Positions 13,383-33,199 of a DNA stretch of 64,000 nucleotides are shown here, piece by piece. The notes under the pieces were generated by a model. That model was not told the origin of the DNA. It did not search any database and was given only the letters and a program-made list of their open reading frames with translations. Location: the NCBI RefSeq assembly GCF_009914755.1, contig NC_060948.1; one strand, 5' to 3'. A program made the position numbers and the translations under genes. Each line of letters begins with the position of its first letter. Position 1 is the stretch's first letter. Source of the DNA: the human T2T-CHM13v2.0 reference genome, Homo sapiens.

Positions 13383-14431
13383 GAGAGTTTTAAGAGAGAT
13401 GAAATGGGGTGGTTCCAAGATGGCCAAATAGGAACAGCTCCAATCTACAGGTCCAAGCCTGAGCGACACAGAAGACGGGTGATTTCTACATTTCCAACTG
13501 AGGTACCAGGTTCATCTCACTGAGGCTTGTCAGCCAGTGGGGGCAGAACAGTGGGTGCAGCCCACGCAGCATGAGCCAAATCAGGGTGAGATATCGCCTC
13601 ACCCGGGAAGTGCAAGGGGTAAGGGAATTCCCTTTCCTAGCCAAAGGAATCCGTGACAGACAGCACCTGGAAAATTGGGTCACTTCCACGCTAACAAAGT
13701 TTTTCCAATGGTCTTAGCAAACGGTACAAAAGGAGATTATACCAGGCGCCTGGCTTGGAGGGTCCCACACCCACAGAGCCTTGCTCATGGTTAGCACAGC
13801 AGTCTGAGATCCAGCTGCAAGGCTGCAGCAAGGCTGGGGGAGGGGCGCCCACCATTGCTGGTTGGTAAACAAAGCAGCCAGGAAGCTCAAAATGGGTGAA
13901 GCACACTTCAGCTCAAGGAGGCCTCCCTGCCTCTGTAGACTCCACCTCTGGAGGCAGGACATAGTCAAACAAAAGGCAGCAGAAGCCTCTGCAGACTTAA
14001 ATGTCCCTGTCTGACAGCGTCAAGGAGAGTAGTGGTTCTCCAAGCATGGAGTTTGAGTTCTGAGAATGGACACAGTGCCTCCTCAAGAGGGTCCCTGACC
14101 CCCTGAACACCAAGTAGCCTAACTGGGAGGCACCCCCCCAGTAGGGGCAGACTGACACTTCACATGGCTGGGTACCCCTCTGAGAGGAAGCTTCCAGAGG
14201 AACGATCAGGCAGTAGCATTTGCTGTTCAGCAATATTCACTGTTCTGCAGCCTCTGCTGCTGATACCCAGGCAAACAGGGTCTGGAGTAGACCTCCAGCA
14301 AATTCCAATAGACCTGCAACTGAGGGTCCTGACTGTTAGAAGGAAAACTAACAAACAGAAAGGACGTCCACACCAAAACCTCATCTGTACATCACCATCA
14401 TCAAAGACCAAAGGTTGATAAAACCACAAAG

Positions 14432-15443
14432 ATGGGGAAAAAACAGAGCTGAAAAGCTGAAAATTCTAAAAATCAAAATGCCACTCCCTCTCCAAAGGAA
14501 CACAGCTCCATGCCAGCAAAGGAACAAAGCTAGATGGAAAATGACTTTGACGAGTTGAGAGAAAAAGGCTTCAGAAGATCAAACTTCTCTGAGCTAAAGG
14601 AGGAAGTTCGAATGCATGGCAAAGAAACTAACAACCTTGAAGAAAGATTAGATGAATAGCTAACTAGAATAAACAGTGTAGAGAAATCCTTAAATGACCT
14701 GACGGAGCTGAAAACCATGGCATGAGAACTACGTGACAAATGCACAAGCTTCGGTAGCTGATTCAATCAACTGGAAGAAAGGGTATCAGTGATTGAAGAT
14801 CAACTGAATGAAATGAAGCAAGAAGAGAAGTTTAGAGAAAAAAGAGTAAAAAGAAATGAATAAAGCCTCCAAGAAATATGGGACTATGTGAAAAGACCAA
14901 ATCTACGTCTGATTGGTATACCTGAAACTAACGAGGAGAATGGAACCAAGTTGAAAAACACTCTGCAGGATATTATCCAGGAGAACTTCCACAACCTAGC
15001 AAGGCAGGCCAACGTTCAAATTCAAGAAATACACAGAACGCTACAAAGATGGAGAAGAGAAACTACAAGACACATAATTGTCAGATTCATCAAAGTTGAA
15101 ATGAAGGAAAAAATATTAAGGGCAGCCCAGAGAGAAAGGTCGGGTTACCGGCAAAGGGAAGCCTGTCAGACTAACAACGGACCTCTTGGCAGAAACTCTA
15201 CAAGCCAGAAGAGAGTGGGGGCCAATATTCAACATTCCTAAAGAAAAGAATTTTCAACCCAGAATATCATATCCAGCCAAACTAAGCTTCATAAGTGAAG
15301 GAGAAATAAAATCCTTTACAAACAAGCAAAGGCTGAGAGATTGTGTCACCACAAGGCCTGCCCTACTAGAGCTCCTGAAGGAAGCACTAAACATGGAAAG
15401 GAACAACCGGTATCAGCCACTGCAAAAACATGCAAAATTGTAA
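14432..15443 (+). pseudogene. L1 ORF1p, disrupted
   Basis: ATGGGGAAAAAACAG start; ORF fragments KRPNLRLIGIPE and FQPRISYPAKLSF...KHAKL; several stops and frameshifts. Confidence 0.95.
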
Positions 15444-15506
15444 AGCCCTTCGATGCTAGGAAGAAACTACATCAACTAACGAGCAAAACAAACAGCTAAC
15501 ATCATA

Positions 15507-19331
<3,825 letters not shown>

Positions 19332-20275
19332 ACAATGAGAACACATGGACACAGGAAGGGGAACATCGCACACTGGGGCCTGTTGTGGGGTGGGTGGAGG
19401 TGGGAGTGATAGCATTAAGAGATATACCTAATGTTAAATGAGGAGTTGATGGGTGCAGCACACTAACATGGCACATGTATGTATATGTAACTAACCTGCA
19501 CGTTGTGCACAAGTACCCTAAAACTTAAAGTATAATTAAAAAGAAAAAAGAAAATGTGGCACATATACACCATGGAATACTATGCAGTCATAAAAAACGA
19601 TGAGTTCATGTCCTTTGTATGGACATGGATGCATCTGGAAACCATCATTCTCAGCAAACTATCACAAGGACAAAAAACCAAACACTGCATGTTCTCACTC
19701 ATAGGTGGGAATTGAACAATGAGAACACTTGGACACAGGAAGGAGACCATCACACACCAGGGCCTGTCGTGGGGTGGGTGGATGGGGGAGGGATAGCATT
19801 AGGAGATAAAGCTAATGTAAAAGACAAGTTAATGGGTGCAGCACACCAACATGGCACATGTATACATATGTAACAAACCTGCACGTTGTGCACATGTACC
19901 CTAGAACTTAAAGTATAATAAATTAAAAAATAAATAAATAAAAGAGAGATGAAATGAAAAGGAGAAGCAAGCAAAGAAGAAAAGAAGTTGTCTGCACCAT
20001 TTTATTTTATTTTCCTAGTTAATGGAGTATCTTTGTTCCAACTGAGCATACAGGTCAACTAATTTACAGGTTTTACATGGCTTTTGCTTAGACAACCAAA
20101 GTCTTCTCCCATTTGGGGCCAAATATTGTTACACAGACTGAAAATACACATAGTTAAACAAAAGTCAGCATTAGATTAGACTGAGTTATAAGTGGTTTCA
20201 GCTTTTTAGTATTGCTTTTATTCTGTGAGACATGAACCCAAAGAAAATTCAAAATCTAACCTGACCAGGATCCCA

Positions 20276-20538
20276 TTTTTTTTTGTTTGTTTGCTTGTTT
20301 GTTTGTTTGTTTGTTTGCAACTTCCACCTCTTGGATTCAAGCAATTCTCCTGCCTCAGCCTCCTGAGTAGCTGGGACTACAGGCCTGTGCCACCATGCCT
20401 GGCTAATATTTGTATTTTTAGTACAGACTGGGTTTCACCATGTTGGCCAGGCTAGTCTCGACCTCCTGACCTCAAATGATCTGCCCACCTTGGCCTCCCA
20501 AAGTGCTGGGATTACAGGTGTGAGCCACTGTGCCCCAC
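20276..20538 (-). mobile_element. Alu with (GTTT)n tail and internal deletion
   Basis: gcaacttccacctc...ctcctgcctcagcctcc...cccaaagtgctgggattacaggtgtgagccac. Confidence 0.92.
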
Positions 20539-20559
20539 TGATCCTCTAGATTTTGGCTT

Positions 20560-21480
20560 GAATCCACAGTCCTGGAAAAGGGTGGAACTGAAACTCACAA
20601 TCATAGGCCACAATGGTGAGAAACCAAAACCCATAATACCCATAACAAAACACTTCTAGTGTGGGGCATAAGCCCACAATTCTAAAATGCAAGGGTGGTT
20701 TCAACCTTATAATCCTATAATGAGATCAAACACAAGTAAAGGTACAGGCATACATTTTAATAAGGTACTTACCAGAAGGCATCTAATATGAAAGCAGTGT
20801 CTTTTGCCATAGGAGATTAGACCTGAGGGGGCCTCAGGGAACATAAAAGACACTTAAGAGCATCACAGTGCAGAATCAAAAACTCCACACCAAGCCTCTA
20901 GAGAAACTAATGTAGATGGTCACTAAGGGTTGGTGAAATGGGCCTGCATTTCACCAAGGAGCTTCAGCACCCCAGATAGGTTTAGTCTCATCTAAGGTGC
21001 CAGGCTGTTATTGAGCAAAAAAGTGTTTGCTACTTAACACATTAGAAGACAATACCATGACACTTTGTTTTTGAGAAAAGAAATGCTTTCTATTTCAAGT
21101 CCACTCAAAAGAAGACAAAAATATCAAGCTCAAATATATCTTCTTGTACTGGCTTAAAACACTATTTTTATAAAAAATATTCAGAAGGTGAATACTGAAA
21201 TTAACAGGAGACTGGCTGGAAGAAAAAGAAAGTCTGGAAAGTCCTTGGGTATGTGTGCTTATTGTTTATGTTGCATGTGGGCCTTACGTGAAAGTTTGAA
21301 AAAACTTCTTACAAAATATTTGGTGGAAATTTGGGTTTTGACATCAGCAAGCTTGTTCTGCTAAGATTCACTAGACTGCCTTCATCTTTTGGGGTCTTCC
21401 TTATTGTCCTTCAGGAAAGGAAATAGTTGCCACTTTTGAGGATTTGAAGCTCAGGATTTTTCTTTTACTTTATCTACATA
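20560..21480 (-). mobile_element. ERV1 (MER4-group) LTR with adjacent PBS-like site and leader remnant
   Basis: tgttattgagc...gtttttgagaaaagaaa...caagctcaaat resembles the reverse of a MER4-group LTR 3' end; reverse-strand tggcacc at ~21000. Confidence 0.5.
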
Positions 21481-22201
21481 AAAAGCATACTAATATAATT
21501 TTTTATTCCTTAGAGTAGGTAGAAGTGGAATGGCAACAATGGAGATGAGACAAATATGTCTCCAAATGGAATGGCTACTACTACTTTGATTTGTTTTTAA
21601 TAATGTTATACGGGAATATAGAAAAAGATGCTGAAAGTATGAAAACTTTCACCAGCATTCCATAATCTCTCCAAAAATAAAACCCCCAATTTACTTTGTA
21701 TGTATTGGAAAACACAAATAACCTCATAGAAATGGAATAAGGTGAGGTGAGATTTATGTCTATCAGGTAAGAGAAAAAGAGTAGATTGTCATAGAATAAA
21801 GAGTTTATTTCATATTTGAACTTAAAATAGTGAGGGCAGCACACCAAAAATAGAAAACAAACCCAGGCAAAGCTGACAAAAAGGCTCTTATAGCTTTAGT
21901 TGTATTGTAGGACTACAAAAGGAATAGAGTAATCTTCTAAATTTTGAAGAAATACATTTGTGAGCCAATATAATCTTCTATTCTCATCTTGGGTAAAATA
22001 AAAGGAAAATCTTGAGTCCAGATTTCTCAGTGTTACAACAACAGAAATTTCCTTTCATAGAAAAAAATAAAGAAGTCCCAAAAGGTAAATGTAGTAAAAA
22101 CATTCTGTAAATTACATTGAGGACTTACTGTAAAAAATATATATATATTCTCCTGTTCAAGTCATTCAGTAAATGATAAATTATTATAAATATATAGATA
22201 G

Positions 22202-22488
<287 letters not shown>

Positions 22489-24240
22489 CAATCTTTTCAA
22501 AATGTAGCACTGTATCTTTCTTCTTTTACAGATTCCCAAGAGAAAGAAAGCTGAGAAAGAACTGTTCTCTGTTCAATCCGACAAGTCACACAGATTTCTC
22601 ATGATTTCCAAGAGACATCTTGTGTCCTCCAATTGTTGAATATCCAAGAGCTCCTCCCTATTTCAGAGTGACATATATAAACCCCCAGAAAGCATCTGGG
22701 ATGCTGAACATCAGTTTGTTTCTTTGTGCAAAAATTAGTATTAGAAAGAGGACACATCAAATAGCATGACCTCAGGATTAGTCTACCATTCTCTTCTGGT
22801 ATTCAATACAGGTCACTTTCTAAATCCCTAAGAGAAAGTGGCAATTGGAGTATGATTGCTGCTTCTTGCTTCAATAATCTCACAAATCTATTTTGCTATA
22901 GCAATAATTTATCTAATTATTTTCTCTTAACTTGGTCATTTAACAGAAGTAGCTATGGTATGCTCAAGAGAAATACAGCCTTCCAAAACCATTGCAGCCA
23001 CCTGGGCATTTCACTCAGTTTGCCAGTCAATTTGATCCTGCATTGTTCATAACAGAATTTGTAGTCTATGACTCCTACTCTCATCCCTAGTCCTCTGGTT
23101 TTCCCATGAAACCTGAAAAAACACAATTTAGTGTGCAATCCCCAGGTGTGCAAAAATTTAGAACTACAACACACCAGGAAAGGAGGAGCTTCAACTCATG
23201 AGCAAGTGCATGGTCTTGAACTTCTTCCTGGACACTTTTAACCAGGAAAACCACAGCCAAAGGAAAACCTCAAAATCAATGCCTACTGTCATGCTAGAGA
23301 TATGTCTCCAATTTCAATCAGAGCAGTGGACTGGAACTCCTCTACTAACTCAAGAAAAAAGACCTCCAAAACTTTAAACTTGGCCAGGGTGAAATGGCAG
23401 ATTCTCTGTAGTGAGAAAAGAAAACAGTTAGGCAGTTAGGGTGCATCCTGGATAAAGCTCCTTTAACAGAGAAACAGCCTGAAAAATCAGGCTGCAGGGA
23501 CAGATAAGGGTGCTAGCACAGGAAACTGGCCCAGAGACATGCATGCAACTGTACTAGTAAAGGAACAAGGTGCAATATAGAATGCCTCAGTCCTTTGTAC
23601 CATAGACATGCTCACAGCTCAAATGAAAAAAGAATAAGGCCTGACATAGAAACACCTCAGTTCTTTGTGCCTCAGAAATGCCTGAGCTACACTGATAAGA
23701 GAGAAGCCCTAACATAGAAAAGCCTTTGCCTTTGGTATAACCATCAGGCTCCCAGAAAATAGTATCTTCTTTTGTGGGCATGTATACGGTGGGGTGTGGT
23801 GGGCTCTAGTGGAACTTTCTTTTTTTTTTGGACATGCTTTGGACTGTGATCCCAGCCTCTGTGAATCACCACTTCAGTCCCTGATTGGTCCCAGGTCAAG
23901 CTCCAGTATTAAAAATACTGCACTCATTCATACCAGGCAGAAGTCCCCACAGCCCAAGCTTAGTAGCACTTTCAACAAGACTTCCCAGAGATCAATCAGC
24001 ACATTTCCACCCTTCCCAGTTCATTAAAATCTTGAACTTAGCCTCACTGTTGGCAAACATCTCAAGCCCCCTCTCTCCATCGCAGAGAGCTTTTTTTCCC
24101 CACTTATTAAATTTTCACTACAACCTCACCCTTGTTTCCAGACTTCTTAATTTTCTTTATCATGAAAAAAAGAACTCCTGATGATACCTCACAACAAGGG
24201 ACTGCTACTTTGTGGTGCATTGGTGAGACTGTAACATCTT

Positions 24241-24258
24241 TGGTTCATTGGCCAGGAA
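24241..24258 (+). promoter_or_regulatory. Primer-binding site, tRNA-Gly(GCC)
   Basis: TGGTTCATTGGCCAGGAA, 16/18 to TGGTGCATTGGCCGGGAA, just after the LTR end. Confidence 0.85.
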
Positions 24259-25814
24259 AAAGACCCATCAAAAGAGTGAGTAGAAGTGGATTCTTAACTT
24301 TTTACTTTCATTTCTGACATTTCTCAGCCTCAGTATTTTCAAGAGTAAGTGAAACACTGGGCCCCTGTCAGCCAGTTAAAAGCCAGTAGTGTGGCTGCAA
24401 GCCCTAAAAGACTAAGGAGACAGGTGTGCTGGAGAGGATTTTGCCAATCCCATTTTACCTTAAAATGTTGAGAATGTTGGCTGTGTTTCAATTTAATTTT
24501 CTTTCACTGACTGCTATGGCTGTTGGCTCTGTGGCTTCATAACCTAAAGGCCCATGGACTGGCCCTATTGGCTGATAGTATTTCAGGGAGTTTTCACTAG
24601 GATTTCCAGCCTTTCCCATTGCATTTGCTTTCTTTCTTTTCATTACTATTATGGCTTCTATCCCTTCTTTAAGTACAAAGTTGTGAATATTTTTGCAACC
24701 TGAGAATATAATCTTCTTGGGTAAAATCAGCTGTTTCTTAGTAATCAGGAATGTAATTCAAAGAGTTACTGATTTTGTGATTTTCTAGAAACAATAGGAA
24801 CTTAATGTTTTAGTCTAATTTTTCACCTTTAAGGGCCTTTTTGCCTCAATAATAAACATTGATGGCACTGAATGGGAAGATATTCCACTGAGTGAATACC
24901 CTTCTATTTGTTTTTTTTTCTTTCCTCCCTGTAAGAATTCAGCACTGCTCAATGAATCTAAATGCCTCCTTTATTTTTTTTTGAGACAAGTTAATTTTCT
25001 TTTGCTGCAAGGCATACTGTGGGGACAGGTTTGTCAAGCCCCAAATATCTCTTTCTAAATTCTGTCTGGAAAGAATTTGGAATCAAAGTTACCTAACATT
25101 TCAAACCTTACAGCTCCACATAGTGGAGTGGGATTTTCCTCTGTGGGGAGCCTTGTTGACCCCTCACACCAAATCTTTACTTTCCCAATTATTCTTCCTC
25201 CTACATTCCTCTAACAGTGATCAGACTCCATAACTGATCTATAGGCAGAAAACTTTCACTTTCAGAAGTCAAGAGGAAGCTGCTCTTCAGAGCAGTACCC
25301 ATCAAAGAAAAAATACCCATTTATTCCTATGTTCTTTCAGGTACCTGTTCTGCATCCAGCTACACTGGCTTTTAAATAAACAATGGATTTTATATTTGGG
25401 AATCAATTCATCCATTTTCTCTAGGATTTCACTATTTCACTAGGGACATGGCAAAGGAAGCCAGGGACAGTATTAAGACACTCTTCATTAAAGGGCCTCC
25501 CCAAATTCAACTACTACATAATCCCTCCCAGGCTCCTGGAATACCTCGGGAGCATTTTTGAAATGAGGAATCACCAGCAGAGAGCTAGGGTATCATGCAC
25601 ATAAACATGATTACTCTTGCCAGCTAGTTCCTCCAGATCCATGGATGAAGGTCATGATTGAATTCATGGATGACACTATGATGGTCACCAGGCCTCAGAG
25701 GACATTTAAGGGAAGAAATTATGGGAGACACTTTTTCTATTTTCTTTCCTCCTTGGGTAATTACTTCAAATGAAAAAGAAACTAAGGTACACCTTCTTTT
25801 CCTCTCTCTTTTAG

Positions 25815-27639
<1,825 letters not shown>

Positions 27640-27640
<1 letters not shown>

Positions 27641-30600
27641 AGAAGTCCCAAGACTCAGTTCCCTTGCACCAACGGCTCAAGCTGCCATCACTATCCAGGA
27701 GCACTGGGTGATTCTGGAGATGGAAGGGAGAAAGGTAGACTTCTTTCTGGACACTGGAGTTTGTCTCTCTGTTCTCCTTTCTAATCTAGGCCTTCTATTC
27801 TCCCATAGCACAAATGTGGTGAGCATTTCCAAAAAAAATTCCTTAGCTATCTCTTTCTAAGACCTTTGTCATAGTTAGGGAAACCTGCTATTTACCCATG
27901 TTTTTTAAAACCATGCTTGACAGTCACAATTCTTAACTAGGTAGAGATATCCCAGCCTATATGTGAGCCAGCATCCTAATGACTCCAGAACAAAGTCTTT
28001 ATCTTCATTTCATGGAAACCTGTATTAACCCAGAAGTATGGGCAACTCCAGAAAAAATTGGCTGGGCTAGTCATTGTACCAGTACAGATTCACCTTAAGT
28101 ATCCCACTTATTTTACTAAATATCTCCTAAAGTCAGAATCTAGGAAAGGGCTAAAAGCCTTCATTGATAACCTAAAAGCACAGGGCTTTCTTAGGCCCTG
28201 AAACAACCCTTGCAACACCCCAAAATTAAAAGGGCGGAAACACAATAGGAAATGGAGGCTAGTTCAGGACTTCTATCTCATTAATGAGGCTGTGGTTACA
28301 CATCATCTGCTAGTTCCTAATCCTTATATATTGCTAACTTTGAGGGAATCCAAAGTTTCACAGTTCTAGACCTGAAGAATGCCTTTTTCTGAATACCATT
28401 GCACCCTGACTCTCAATACTTGTTTGCCTTCAAAGATTCCCCAAAAGACCACCCAGTTAACCTGCATGGTGCTGCCTCAGGGATTCTGAGACACCTCTCA
28501 CTTGTTTGTTTTGGCATTTCCAAAAGACCTCTCTGAATTCTCTCATCTTCAGATTAAAATTTTACAGTATGTTGATGACATTCTACTTTGTGTCTCAATT
28601 GACAGGGCTTTGCAGGAAGGCACTAAAGCTATTCTTAATTTCCTAGGTGACAGAGGGTATAAGATTTCAAAATCTAATGCTCAGCTTTGTCAAATTTCAG
28701 TAAAGTATCTAGAGGAGATCAGAACATTGGGTGAAGAGAGAATTAAGTGGAAAATTTCCCCTTTTCCCCTTTCCAAGCCCCTCAGCTAGGTGGCTTTTTG
28801 GGCATTATAGGTTTCTGCAGGTTGTGGATACTGGGGTACAGCAAAATACCTTGCCTCCTACATGGCTTTGTGAAAGAAACTCAGAAAGCTAAAATTCACT
28901 CCCTGACCTGAGAACCTGAGTTTCAAAAGGCTTTTAACCAATTAAAACAAGCCTTACTTAAAGCACCTGTCACCAGCCTTCCCATAAGAAATTCATTTAA
29001 TCTTTATGCCTCAGAAAGGAAAGGGATAGCCTTGGCAGTTTTTACTCAGGCCCAATGTCCAGCCCAGTAGCCAGTCAGTTACCTAAGCAAGAAGATCAAC
29101 TTGGTGGCCAAAGGATACCTAGCTTGCCTCTAAGCAGTTTCAGTAGTGGCCTTGTTTGTTTCAGTAACTAATAAGGTGACCATGGGGAATGTCTTAACTG
29201 TTCACACACCCGTCATGTAGCAGGACTGCTGCACTCTAAAGGAAGATGCTGGCTAGCAGAAAATTGCCTTCTCAAATATTAAGCTTTGCTGCTGGAGGGA
29301 TCTGAAGTTCAGTGAAAAACCTATCCTTGCCTAAACTCAGCCAACTTCCTCCCAGAGAAAACTAAACAAGCTGAACATGACTGTGAACAGATAGTAGTCC
29401 AAACCTAAGAAGCCATGCAGGACCTTAAAGAACTTCCCTAGAAAACCCAGACTAGACCACTTTTAATAATGACACCTCTTTTGTAGAACAAGGAACCCAA
29501 GAAGCAGCATATACTCATGGAACAATAGCAACCCTGGGTGAAATTATTGATGGTATGTCTCTCTCACAGGCGCCAGTGCTCAATTAGCTGAGTTAATTTG
29601 CCCTCATGAGGGTGCTCAAACTAAGGAAAGGAAAGGTCGTAAGCATTTATACTTATTCTAGATATGCTTTTCTGGTTTTTCATGCCTTTTTGGAAAGAAA
29701 AACACTCACTAACTCCTAATGGTTATCCCATGAAATACCATCAGGAAGTTGACAGAATGTTGTCCTGTTTTTCTTTCACAGAGAATGGCAGTAATATATT
29801 GCAGAGTTTACCAGAAGTGGATAGATAACATCACTGAGGGAAACAGACTAGCAGATTAAGCAACTTAGTCAGCAACAAAAAGATTAGAGTGATGTTACAC
29901 ACTCGAAGCTCTTCCAAAGTGGGAATTTTCCAAAGAGAAAATAAAGCCTCAGTATTTCCCTGCAAAGATAGAATAGGCTACTTCTGAAGGATACATTTTT
30001 CAGTCCTTGGATGGTTACAGTGGATGGAAGGAAAATTCCACTTGTCATCCTCCAGTCAGTGAAAAGTTCCTGATGTCCTTTACCAAGGTTTTCACTTAGG
30101 AAATGATAAAACCTACCAAGTAGGCCAGAGATTGTTCTCAAATAAAAATATGATAAAAACAGTAAAACAGATTTTTAATACTTGTGAAACCTGCCTTAAA
30201 AATAATTCCCTCTAGAGATGGCTTCTCTGCCAGAGCTCAACTTCACTAACTAGGTAAAGACATTTCCATGCCAAACAGAAAAGGGCTCTTAGTAAAAGCA
30301 GTAATCAATGAGATAATTACTCTCTTTGAACTCCCTCAACACTTCCAAAGAGACAATGGCCCCTCATTTAAAGCAACTATTACCCAAGGTGTCTCAAGAG
30401 ACCTGGGCATACAATGCTATCTTCATTGGGCCTGGAGACCACAGTCTTCAGAAAAGACGGAGAAAATAAATAATATTATTAAAAGACTTACCAGGAAGCT
30501 GTCTCAAGCAACTAACTCTCTCGGATTACTCTTCTTTTCATGGCCTTAATCTGGATGAGAAACACCTTTTTAAACTTGTTGAGTCACTTTAAAAATGGTA

Positions 30601-30946
30601 TATGGACAGGCTTAAATAAACAAGATTTCTCATTAGATCAGGAACTTATGAAATGGTTAAACATATAACCTCCCTAATCCACTTCCAATGTGAATTAAAA
30701 CTATTATCAGAATTCCATCCGTGAGAACTGCACCTAACTCGTTTTAACCCAGAAGACTTGGTACTGGTTAAGGCTCTTCCCTTTTTTTCCCTGTCTAGAC
30801 CCAGTTGGGAGGGACCTTATACTGTCCTCCTCTCCAACCGCTCAGTGGTGAAGTTTGCAGGAATCAACTCTTGGATTCATCATGATCTAGTCACAGCTTG
30901 GAAAGCAGAGACAGCAGCCCCTAACAATCAAGAAAAATTTAAATGA
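27640..30946 (+). pseudogene. ERV pro-pol remnant
   Basis: Protease VDFFLDTG; RT LQYVDDILLC; integrase DNGPSF and WRPQSS; GPY/F motif WEGPYTVLLS; many stops. Confidence 0.9.
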
Positions 30947-33199
30947 GTAAAACTTCAGAAGGAAATTATCTACTACATCATACTTATAGGAATTATTTTG
31001 CTTACTTTTTTTTTTCAGTAGGGTTTTACACTGTGGCACCTTCTGAGTGGAATATTGACCAGAGTCTCAACAGCCATAAACTTTTGCTGAATTATTATCC
31101 TTATAGCAGAAATAGTAGTCACAGATTAGATTATGTTACTATCAAGTTTACTAACATTCACTGTTAAATGGAGCAACGTTTCACACCCCTTGGCTCTTAC
31201 AAAATCAACAATCACTCATCTACACAAAAAGACTAATTTCTGGGTTTGCCCTAATTGTTGAGTTCAATATCAGTGAGGGATCTTTTGCTGTTTCAGAACT
31301 CACTGTTAGCTCTACCTTTATACATTATAGACTTTCAAGGTATAAATAGAACATGGTATGAGTGCACTTTTGACTCCAGTTGAAAGATACATCCCTCCAG
31401 GGTAAGAAATTGGCCAAGCTTTCACTTCAGCCCGTGACTGTTCCCAGGCCTAGGTTCTGGGCCAAGCTGAGTAGGCTTCTCCAAGACAGGCTGCAGAGCA
31501 GACAGCACATTCTTCCCTTTCTCAGTTCATAGAAACCCTTGACTCAGCCTTATATTGGGCAATCCTCTTAGGCCTCCTCTCCAGTGTAAAGAGCTTTTTG
31601 TTGTTGTTATTAAACTTTTGCCACGACTTCACACTTGTGTCTACACTCCTTAATTTTCTTGGTTGTGAGACAAAGATCTCTGGGTCTACTCACAATGAGA
31701 GACAAGGAGAGACTGCTACATTGTCTTGCATTGGCAAAACTGTAACAGTAGCATCTCAGTCCCAAGAGCAGTTTTATCTGCTAAAGTTCAGAGCCACCAA
31801 GAGTAGGCATAGTACATCCTGGGGAGGACTCATCCCAAAAGTAATGCAGTAGAACAGGCTTTTGTGCCACAAGCAAAGAGGCAATTTTTATGTACCCAGG
31901 CAATTTTAAGTGACCCAGAGTAGTAAATTCAAATATTTTAGTACACTGAGTAACTGAGTAGGTGCAGAAGGCAGGTTTCTCAAATTTTTTTATCCAAAAT
32001 ACAGTTTTATTCAAACAGAAGACAGTCTAATATAAATGATAACCATGCTCTGCTGAAGCAAGAATAGGTAATGAAATTCTGCAATTACAGTAAACTCTTC
32101 TGCTTAAAAAAGCAGTGGATTATATGAGTTGCTGATAAAGTGCTAGAGGATAAAGAAGGGTAAGATGATATAGACAAGGCCAGGATCTGGCTATTTTGGG
32201 AAACAGGAACAGCTCTAGATGTGGCTGAAGGCCATATAGACATATTTGATATTTAATAAACTAAAGTGTTATTTTCTTTTGCTCAGTATATCCCAGGGCT
32301 TTGGACAAGAATAACTTGAGTGTCACTACTTATAAAATCAGGCGATATCAATTTGGAATGAAGGATAACTTACTTCTACATCTAGCCAAGCTAAGCTAGG
32401 GTATAACTTCACTAGCCAAGTTAGATGCAGGCAGTGAACTACATAGTCTGCTGTAAGTATATTTTTTGTTAGATTATATAACTATATTTTGCCAGCACAG
32501 AGGAGACCCTGAACTAGTTGCCCACTAGAAGGCCAGTTCTGGGGTTTTCGTGAATTGGAAAGGATAATTAATGTGTTTAGTCTGTGGGCTGTCTTGGAGA
32601 TTATGTGACTCAACTTTGCCTGGGATGAATCAAGGGGACAAGTGAAAATTTATAGAGGTTGATTAGCTTGGTCAGGACCTATTAGGAGCTGAAGTAAAAA
32701 CTTGCCCCAAGACCTTGGCCCAGGACCAATCAGAGGCTGAAGTGATAATTCATATAAGGCCAATTCTCAGTCCAAGAAAAGGAAACTGCCCACTGAAACT
32801 ACTAAAGCCCACTGTGTTCATGCCAAAAAAAGGGGAAGACACTTTTTACTGAGAGACCACTGACTATACAAAGGGCAAAGTCATCATTATGCCAGGTCTT
32901 GTTCCCTATCTGAATGAGCTGAAAGTTTGGGTAAATTTTTATCCAGTTGGACTGGTGGTACTTTTATTTTGCAGCTGCAGGCATGTCTCCAGGCAAAACA
33001 TCCTGTGTTACTTTCCTTATCTGTGCCCACAGGTTGATTTACATTCCAGGCTGCTTTTTATGTGTTGTGGTGATGAGGCATTGACTTACAGGTTGGGGGC
33101 TGAGGACCCTTCCCTTGCTATCTACCTAACACAAGCCAACTAACTTGTTTCAGTCCCCCCTCAGTAGTAGAGACAATAATTGCTGTTAGGGAAATTGGG

